The position numbers and the translations under genes are program-made. A stretch of 52,258 nt of DNA, from NCBI GenBank assembly GCA_000708835.1, contig DF237563.1:1-52258 (forward strand), read 5' to 3'. Below, in pieces: positions 1 to 8,895 of the stretch. The stretch is from Klebsormidium nitens. Lineage: Eukaryota; Plantae; Klebsormidiophyceae. Below the pieces are notes generated by a model. That model made no database searches. It was not told the DNA's origin and was given only the letters and a program-made list of their open reading frames with translations. Every line of letters starts with the position of its first letter. Position 1 is the stretch's first letter.

Positions 1-109
1 CAAGAAGCGACTAACTTCGAAGGTGCAGATCGCCTCATGGTGGTGCAGACGCACGCCCATACGTGCATATGTCACCGTTGCACTGAAACAAGAGAGCTGG
101 CGGCCACTA

Positions 110-265
110 CAGGCTGAGGACATCCGGTTGATGATCCTTGATGCAATTGGGCAATCTCAGGCTGGAAAGCTCCGCCATGCAACACCAGTTACGGGGGATG
201 ACAAAAGGCAGGAGCTGGCTGGAACATGTGCGGCATGGTACTACAACAACTCTAACAACAACTAA
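110..265 (+). CDS. Possible terminal exon of a gene entering from the left
   Basis: CTACAG acceptor, then open frame AEDIRLMILDAIGQSQAGKLRH…NNSNNN* convergent with Twinkle. No homology recognised. Confidence 0.2.
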   Translation, partial: QAEDIRLMILDAIGQSQAGKLRHATPVTGDDKRQELAGTCAAWYYNNSNNN

Positions 266-520
266 AGTCGCTTATTTTCAACTTATCTTGACTGTCTATC
301 TCGTCGTACAAGGAAGAGCTGTCTGCCTCGTCGTAACATGAAGAGCTGGGGCTGCAATGGCAGTCAAAGTACTAAGTGATCTACTGCGTGCTTTAGAGCT
401 CCAGCTTCATGCTAACCAAGCCTAGGAACCTATGCCTAGGTTGACTGATCCTGTATATCCGAACGACTAAGCTGTACGACGACTGTACATCCTCCTGATG
501 CCCTTACTAGTCTGATTTCT

Positions 521-3500
521 TTAAAAGAAGACGTCCTCATATCGTCCAGTAACCCTGCACACGCGTCCCAAGGTCAGCATGGAATCGAGCGACATAAGCG
601 GCCAGCTTCCATCTGCAAAGGGCAACCCGTGCCAACCGCCATGGCAACTGTCTAAACGAATATTACAACAAAAACTGCGGATGATGTGGGTTTCTGAACC
701 CTTATGCCTGTCGACTTTACTTGCCAACTGGATGGGAACGAAGTCAGGTTGTCAAGACCTTCACCATACCAGTGAAGACGAAACGCTGTGAATACCGCTT
801 TATGTACCACCGACGATATCGAACGGAAGCCAATAATCTCTGAGCACATAACTCAACAACTTGGTCGGGAGTCTTCCGTGCTTACCAGACGTAACACAAG
901 TCCGCCTCGCCGCTTTGGAGGTAAAGTCCCTAAAAGTCAAATCCACACCTAGCAGATTTAATCGGAGTTCGCTGCGCGCTCACCGGTCATAGCGAAGAGA
1001 CGCCTCCCCCAATATCCCCTTTCTACTTTCGCTTCTCCAAGGGCCTAACTCGAGCAAGACGTGACCTGAGAATCTGATCTACTTTGAGCGGATCGGTCAG
1101 GTATTGCTGCGCGCTCACAGGTCGTAGCGCAGGGTGGCCTCTCAGTCTTACGTTCCGCTTCTTCTCCAAAATAAGAGGGAACTCCTAGGCTTTATTTGGA
1201 CGTTGCTGCGCGCTCACCGGTCGTAGCGCAGGGACGCCTCCCCGATGGTCCCGGCTGCCTTGTTGCGCACTTTCCGCACCAGAATCTTGACCTCGTCCAG
1301 CGGGCCCGCCTCGGGGTCGCGGTTGCGGTGCACCACGATGCCGTTGTCCGTCTTGTTCACGAAGTGCGCGCTGCCGCTGATGTCGTACAGGCCGGGGGCC
1401 TCGCCGCGCCACTGCTGCAGCTGGAAAAGGAGAACGCGCAAGAGATGGTTCAGACTCCACGGGTTTTCGGGAGAAGCTAAGCGCGCCTCTACAAGTCTGT
1501 CAATGCATTTGCGACAATTCAATAAGCACTGAGATGGTCAAAGCGGTTGCGCACGACTTGGCACTGTCAAAGACAAGACGCGTATGCCTCGGGCCGGCTG
1601 GATGCACGGTTACTAATTAATGAAGAAACCGAAGTCCTCTTCGTCGTCACCGGGAAAAGGGAGGGAACAAAGAGAACAATGCGAAGCAATAACTGGTAAA
1701 GCATGTAGCAGCGAGCCACATCTGCTGCCAAACAAAGAAAGCAGCAGAGGCAGTAGACCCCTCTGCCTGTAGATATGCGCACCTTCAGTTTAGCTGACTT
1801 GCCTACGGACATCGGCAGTCACTTCAGGACAGTGCGGAATTCTCGCCCGTTGAACACAGCCCGTTTGAGAGCCAAGCAAAATATCCAGAGTTTCCAAATT
1901 TTCAGCAGATCGTTCGCCAAGTGGAAAGCTCGAGATCAAGTGATCAAGCCGGTAGACACATACAAAGAGCAACCTACCAACCTTTCCGGTCTAGGCACCC
2001 AGCCGTGACTGCTATCACAGACTGTTCACGCGACTTACATCAGAAAGGAAGGTCAGACTGGCGGCACCTCTTCCGCATGCACGACCAAACCCAAGCATCT
2101 GTAGCTTCGCCGGTATGAGGACACAAACCTTCGATCACAGCCCACAACCGACCAACCACATCAGACATGTAGCGGAAGACTTTCCCCGCCGCTTTTCTGC
2201 GGAAGAAGGGCGGCACACTGGCCCCACAAAAGGGAGGTTCACCGATCGCGTCCTCATGCTACTTTTCGTTCATTCTCAATCAATGCAGCGCTGTACGCTA
2301 TGGCTGCGTACCTGCTTGGGGTGCGCGACGAACCAGACGTGGCAGTCGTGGTGCTGCGCGAAGCGCTTGATCTTGGTGAGCATCTGGCTGACGTACTCCG
2401 TCTCGGTCTGCCGCGCCGGCCGCTGGTGGTCCAGCTCGTTGTACGGGTCGATCACAAGGCCGCGGATGCCGTGCCGCAGCACCGCCGCGCGCGCCAGCCC
2501 CAGCACCCACTCGATGGACGGGAGCTCGTCGTCCTCGCACCTGCAACGATCACAGAGAGAAAGACCCTGAAACTCTCTTCAAGATGAAAGAACGAGCCGC
2601 TTTCCAAACGTTCGACAAACTCAGACGGGGCTCCTGATCACAGCTTTTCGGTGGTGGAGCGGCGTATAGTAAACCTCGATGTCACATTCCTACAAGATGA
2701 TCGGGCTAACGGAGCGACAAGTATTCTCGCAATTGCAAGATCCAGCCAAAGATCAGGGATGTGCAATCAAAGCGCAGAGCAATCGCAGTGGAGCCTGGAA
2801 AGCTCAGAAGGGAAGAGCCGAAACCCAAGCAACGAGTAGAATCGATGAGGAATTAGACGGTCAAAGCAGAGCTTGCTGGTCTCTGGTCTCTGCGATTCTA
2901 CTCGAGGCGAAGAAGCCGTTGCTCTCGAATAAAACGAAGATCAGTAGTCAGTAAAGATTGGAGGACGCTGTAATAATTGAAGTGTGCTGAGGCTGCTCAA
3001 AGTTGAGGAAAGGACCAACAAATCAGTGGGGCGGCAGTCCGTACCTGATGACGTGGAAGTGGTCGTTGATCCAGGCCTTGCCCGCCTCTAGTTGCTCTTG
3101 CGAAACTCGCGGCCGCTGCTCGCCGTAAGGGGCATCGAAGAAAGGGGCGCCCACGAACTTTTCAATCAGCTTGCGGGCGTGATCTCGAACCTGGGAGAAC
3201 AAACTTTGAAGTCAGACTCGTGCCGAGGAAGCCTCGGCTGAATTGACCCAATCAGACGGCAAAAGAAGTTGATCATGTTTAGATTGTGAACAGAAAATTC
3301 ACAGGTATTAGAGAACCAATCTGCACCTCTCAATAATCTGCCTTCCATACACATTGATTTACAGAACGTTCCCGACCCTGGTCGCCAAACCCACAATCGA
3401 GTTGCAGTAAAAACCGATTTTGAACTCTAGAGCAGCATACCTTTCCACATTTGAGCGGCCCAAAAGATCGCCATTCAGTACGCACTCGGCTACGGTTGCT

Positions 3501-6500
3501 TTTTGAAACCATTGACTTGGTGCCCCCACCTTGTTCTCCATGGAGCAGAGCGCGAAGGTCCAGCCGCGCTGTCCCACCAGGTTGCAGAGCAGCGCGTCGA
3601 GCCACTCCGACTTGCCGCTGTTGGGCACGCCGGTCACCACCGACAGCTCCCCCGGGACGATGCGGTACAGCTCGTCCAGGCCGGACCAACCTGCACGAGA
3701 GCACGGACTTTTCGACCAGACGCCCGGAGGAATCTCTCGAGCATTCCTCGAGCACGAGATAAGCAAAGCTACGAGAAATGGATGTGGTTCGGGCTTTGTG
3801 CGGCACTGATGCCAACATTCGGTAACCGGAGCGAACCGTTAAAATGAACAACAGACACTGAGAAGGTGGACGACACCCTTCCAGAAGAGAACTTATGAAA
3901 GTTCTTCAAATCTTTTCCAAGCGAAGCTTGTGGGTCCATTAGACCTGACCGCTAGCTCCAAAGTTGCAAGACGACACTAACGGCCAGGCTAAACTCACGA
4001 CATGCAAGTTTTTTTGAATCCTACCAAGAAAAACAGTGGGTGAAATCCCTCACCGGTGGACACGCCACGCTCGTCCCCCAGCTGCAGGTGATAGTAGTCG
4101 TCAATCTCCTCGAAGAACGACTCAAACTTGAACAGCCCCCGGATCGGGAACGCCTCCGCGCCCTCCACCGCCTCGCGCACGCCGGCCTTGCCCATGCGCA
4201 TCAGCGCCTCGTTCGCGTCCTTCACCGGCTGCCCCGCTGCCGTCATCGGCCACTTGACCCGCCAGCACTTCTCGCGCCCGAGCCGCCGCGCGAGCTCTTC
4301 CGCGAGCGCTTGCCCCGGCTCGTCGGAGTCGGTGGCCAGCACGAACTTGGAGGCCTTGTCAAGGTACTCGCGGCAGTTCCACAGGTACTCGTACTTGCGG
4401 TCCGCTTCGGGAGCCGGGAGGGGGGTCCCGGGGTCGGATGCTTTCGCGGGGGCGCCGTCTGGGGGGCCAAAGAGCACGGTTGAGAAGATGGGGAGATTGG
4501 AAACAGTAGATACGTTTTCGAAGATTCAACTGATGCACGTTGGTGAGCGAGATTTGACAACGATGGTGCATTAAGCAGTGGAAAGGTAACGAACTGTCAA
4601 CATCGACAAACGGCATCGTAAGGGGAATCGCGCAATCCTAGAGTAGCCGAATCGTCTGAATGCACGCTCGCTTATTCCAGGAAATATTCCGGCTACGTTG
4701 GCCGGCAATGGAACAGAAGGATGCAAGTAAACAGTTCCTGCGATGAAGTATGTAGCAGCGGGCCACATCTGCTGCCAAACAAAGAAAGCAGCAGACGCAG
4801 TAGACACGTCTGCCAATAGATATGCGCACCTTCAGTTTAGCTAACTGCCTACGGACATCGGCAGTCACTTCAGGACAGTGCGAAAATTCTTTCAGAGACG
4901 ATCACCCAATTCTTGACAGCCCATCGCTTCTAATTCGACGAAAATTCTGTTAGTCGCCTCCTTTACATTCGGCTTTTTAAAACCCTTCTCAAAGACTGCT
5001 CCTTACTGCCATGCAACCTCGATCGACGATCAGTTTCACCAGGAAGCCAACGCCGATTTCTTCTATCCTGCATAACCAACGGAACTAGCGGACTGATCGC
5101 ATTTCAAATTCGCAGAGCACCGACTCGTGATTCCGAACGTATTAGGTTGATTGAGCGGATTCTCCAGGCCTAAACCTACGCGCACCTGGCACGCTGACGC
5201 AGTTGAGGTAGCCGGCCTCCTCCATGGCCAGCTTGTCCATCTCGCCCTCCACGATGATCACCGTCTTGCTGTCAGCAATGTCGTCCAGGCCGTAAAACAC
5301 CTTCTCTGCGCCCTTGACCTGCAAGGACGAACGGTTCTTCTTAAAACCCCTAGAATTACTATCTGCGGGTGTGAAATGGAGGCTCTTATGGTGCATTTAG
5401 CCACGACACTACTCGTTATACCTTGCCAGACCTACAGGAAAACAACGGGGAAATTCCTGCAAAATGTAACTATCCTTCTCAAAGGGAAAACCTTCCGGTA
5501 AAGTCTACTATTTTCTCCCAGGCATAAACCTTTGGCTGGCACCGAAAGGCACCGAACACAAGAGGATGCCATTAAGGAATTCGGCGAAAGTTCAGAAAAC
5601 AAAGTATGTAGCAGCGGGCCACACCTGCTGCCAAAACAGAAAGCAGCAGCCGCAGTAGACACCTCTGCCGGTAGGTATGCGCACCTTCAGTTTAGCTGAC
5701 TGCCTACGAACATTGGCAGTAACTTCAGGACAGTGCAGATTAAATTGTACCGATCGATCTCCCAACTCTTAAAAACACCATGATATCCAGTCCTGAGGAA
5801 ACTTCTTTTGGTCGCCTCCTTGCACACCATAGATTTTTCAGGAACCTCTCAAATACTGCTCAACTGACGCCAAGCAACCTCAATCAACAAACGCTTTCGT
5901 CAAGAAGAACGCCTTTCGTCCCAACTTTCGACAAGATCTTCGAAGTGTAAATACGGTTCTTCCTTCCCCATCGACAAGAAGAAGTGCGACAAGAAGAAGT
6001 GGACATGTACTGCCTACGCTTACGATCCGTCAAAACAGCTCAGTCAAATTTGTGCCCAGTGCCCTCCCTCACCTGCCAGAAGGCCTTCTCCGGCCCGCGA
6101 TACTTGACGTTTACGAGCTCGCCCCTGCGCACGTATGGAAACGCGAGCGCGTCCGCCTCCTTTTGCAGCTGCGGACTATACGTCCGTTCCTTCTTCACCC
6201 CGTTCCTTATAAACGTCCCCTCGCTAATCTTCCGGTTCTTGAAGAACGCAAGCTGTTCCTCGTCGAGCTCCGAAAAGTCTTCGGGCCGCGGGAGCTTTGT
6301 CGCGGGGAAGCGCTTTTTTTGTAGAGCCGTTTCGCGGGACTTGGTGCTGGGGCTGTAGGAACCCCCGAACTGAGAGGTCGAGCGTGCGGGGTAGCGGGAC
6401 TTGACGGAAGAGGCCCAACCGCACTTGCCGCGGAAGCAGTGCCACACCGCGTTGTCGCCGCTCTTGATGGTCACGCCCAGAGACAGCTCCTTGGAGTCGC

Positions 6501-8385
6501 CGCCCTTGCACTGCGGGAGGGGGCGCGAGATGCGTGAGAAAGAAGTTTGGAGAAAGTGCTTTGACTACCCAATGGATGCGCAGTGGGGGCTTTTCGGAAG
6601 TTCGAGTCGACTTCTAAAACGAGTGCCCAGGCCCAAAGTAACAATGTGGTCAGAAGAGTACGGAAGAGGGCCTGACTTGTCTTAGACAGTGAAGATGCAA
6701 ATCACCACCAACCACTAGATCCTACAGTGTTACAGGAGAACCTCAAAAAATCCAAAACTATTCCTCCTCACCATTGGGCACAGGATGCGGTACTCCCCAA
6801 TTGAGTAGTCCGGCAGGATGATGCCGTTCTCTTCCAGGAGGTCCCGCATCGGCGCCCCCCGCACTGTGTCCGGCTGCTTCCCCACAGCCCCGTTTACAAC
6901 CCGCCTCGAAACCGGCTGCACCGTGTTGGAAAACACGGGCAAGGGCACGGCTTTTGCTACACCGCTGTTGGGAGCTGGTTGTACGGTGGGCGCTTCCGAC
7001 AGATTGTCGAGAATGGGAGGCTGGGTTTGCGTTGCAGGGGCTTGGGTTGCTTTAGAAGGGCGGCCCCTGGGTTTTGGGACTTTCCCTTCGACGATGGCCA
7101 GGGGGGGAAGAGTGCGGCCATTGAGCTCTGGGGGGTTTGCCGAACTGCTAGTGAGCACCCCCGCGACGGGGCCGCTTCCCGACACTGCGGCGCCGTTTGT
7201 AGAAAACATCTCCTCAGAGCTGGCAATATCAGTCTTGGGAAGAGAGTCTGCCGACCCACTTCGTAGGTCGCTAACGAAGCCATTGCCTGGGTTCCCCGTC
7301 TCTGCCAAGAAACTTTCCAACGCTTCTCCAGCCCGGCCATTTGAGGAGACCGCCAGATCGCTGTTGTCCTCTGAACGCGCGGCAAATGGCGGAACCAGAT
7401 CCTCTGTACGAAGCTCATTGGCCGCAACGGATCTAAGTAGCACCTCACTGCCACCAGATTGCCCCTTGGAGGACTTTGAAGGGGCCTTAAAGGTCGTCTT
7501 CTGTGGCGTTGCACTTTTCCCGGTGGTAGGGCGACGTGGAGGGGGCTTTAAAAAGGTGCTCTGCGCCTGTTTGGCCTGGGCCCGCGCTCTCCTCTCTTGG
7601 GCGTCCTTGTCGTATCGAGTTGGGTTTCCATTCTGCGCAGACTCTGTGCCGTTGGAGGCACCTTCCTCCTCAACCGGAACAGCCTGAGATGAAAACTCCC
7701 GCCTTTTCACCTGCTTGCCTAAGGGCCCGCCATCAGATCGCAGCGCCGCTGGAACCGAATCAGGAGCGCCGTTCTTCGACACAGTGCTGTGTCCATTCTG
7801 GTCCAAGCTGAAGGACGTTGGTTCTTCATTTCCCACAGGAGCGGTGTCAATTGGTCTGCCGTTACTAGCACTCGAAGGCACGCCGGACTTAGTGCCACCC
7901 TCGTCGCCAGCTGTCTCCACTTTTGCCGCACCATTACCAACTGCATTATATTGGCCGCTTTTGGTGCTTCGACTTTGCGCCACCGCCCTTGAGGACCAGG
8001 CCGGACCGGTTGGAGAGGCAGATGACAGTGGATGATGGCCCGCAAAGGAAGGCCTTGCATCTGCCGTCCTCAGAGCACCTGTCAAATTGCCATCGGATGA
8101 ACTCAGAGCCAGAGTTGGAATTGCAGAATTGGGCAAATAGGTGGGGGAGGATGAACCAGCAAAGGGCCTCTGGACTGAACTTAACGTGCTTGCCTTTGAC
8201 GCTGGTCTTTGGTTTGTGAAGTGCTTTTCAAAAGCTGCTGCAGCGCCGAGGGCCCGCCTCAGCATGAGATTCCGCATTGCTGATAACCCAGGGCTGCTGA
8301 CAACGCCTGCTCTCAGAATGGGGTCCGGAACCGAGAATTGGACGGCGCCATGGTGGCTGGCCTGCGCGAGGTCTGCGAGCGCCAT
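521..8385 (-). CDS. TWINKLE: Organellar Twinkle DNA primase-helicase (T7 gp4-like), 9 exons, 1120 aa
   Basis: Exons 8385-6772, 6510-6073, 5318-5186, 4458-4054, 3690-3530, 3190-3045, 2540-2312, 1420-1218, 554-521. All GT-AG and phase-consistent (3363 nt). Motifs: Zn-binding CPMCKGG...WHCFRGKCGW, TOPRIM IVEGEMDKLA and ATDSDEPG, Walker A GVPNSGKS, Walker B LVIDPYNEL, VAHP, ISGSAHF, KVRNK. Confidence 0.95.
965..1250 (-). repeat. Three imperfect copies of the Twinkle exon-8 3' end plus 5' splice site
   Basis: gctgcgcgctcac(c/a)ggtc(g/a)tagcg at 971, 1106 and 1205. The 1205 copy is the real exon/intron junction. Confidence 0.85.
1701..1836 (-). ncRNA. Intronic two-hairpin H/ACA-snoRNA-like element, copy A (Twinkle intron 7)
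   Basis: Sense to the host transcript. Two predicted hairpins, hinge AUAUCUA, ACA 3 nt from the end of the conserved block. ~93% identical to copy B by eye. Confidence 0.5.
4748..4882 (-). ncRNA. Intronic two-hairpin H/ACA-snoRNA-like element, copy B (Twinkle intron 3)
   Basis: Same structure. Upper stem UCUGCUGC/GCAGCAGA, then 14 nt (UGUGGCCCGCUGCU) to ACA, then UAC. Confidence 0.55.
5604..5737 (-). ncRNA. Intronic two-hairpin H/ACA-snoRNA-like element, copy C (Twinkle intron 2)
   Basis: Same structure, ~90% identical to B by eye. Many substitutions fall in loops or keep pairing as G-U. Confidence 0.55.
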
Positions 8386-8895
8386 GCCAAGCAGCGCCTA
8401 GCGATCGCATTGCAGGACCAGGCTGCAGCCTCAGGCGCCCATGCACAAGCTTGTGCAACTAGGGAGATGAAGTTACCGCCAATCAAGCGCGTTAATGGTC
8501 TAGTAGTTTCTGAGCGAGGAGCAGGCTTAAAGTTTGCCATGGACAAGTAGGAACTCTCTAGTTACTTTTGCCGCCTGATATTTCAACAACGACTTTGAAG
8601 TTTAACTTCGACTCTGAGGCGTGGCACTTGCTCTAAGTTTCAGATTTTGGAGAGAAAAGGTTCTTGGTGGTGAGCAGGCTGCAGCTCATTAGATTCAAAT
8701 GGTGAATGCCAGGCGCTGATTAGGTACCTCTAAGATTAGTTGTTGATCAGGCGAAGAGACAACGGGCAGAGGCAACTCAGTGGCAAATAGGAGCGGGATA
8801 GGAGCAGTTCATATTCGAACCCCTCATCGACAAGAGCACAGTAAAAGTGACTGTGGAATTACGGGCGCATACGTCATTATAAGTCGGATTGAAGC
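8386..8895. promoter_or_regulatory. Short divergent intergenic region shared by TWINKLE and RHD3 (probable bidirectional promoter)
   Basis: Head-to-head start codons are 510 bp apart. Confidence 0.55.

Noticed and set aside
4748-4882. Specific guide targets for the snoRNA-like RNA: UAAACUGA vs U2 UCAGUUUA; UCCUGAAGU vs 25S ACUUCGGGA; GUGUGGCCC vs 18S GGGCCGCAC
   Set aside because: Each recalled match pairs with only one side of a pocket; the other side does not fit around an unpaired U. A proper target search is needed.
5973-6003. 15-bp tandem duplication CGACAAGAAGAAGTG x2 in Twinkle intron 2
   Set aside because: This is an ordinary slippage duplication with no further structure.
4459-6072. 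Introner (intron-generating transposon) origin of Twinkle introns 2, 3 and 7
   Set aside because: The intron termini are unrelated in sequence; similarity peaks internally, the opposite of what introners show.
6818-7687. 289-aa plus-strand ORF (and similar antisense ORFs over RHD3, PSBO and Twinkle exons)
   Set aside because: These are shadow ORFs opposite GC-rich coding exons, with no independent motifs.
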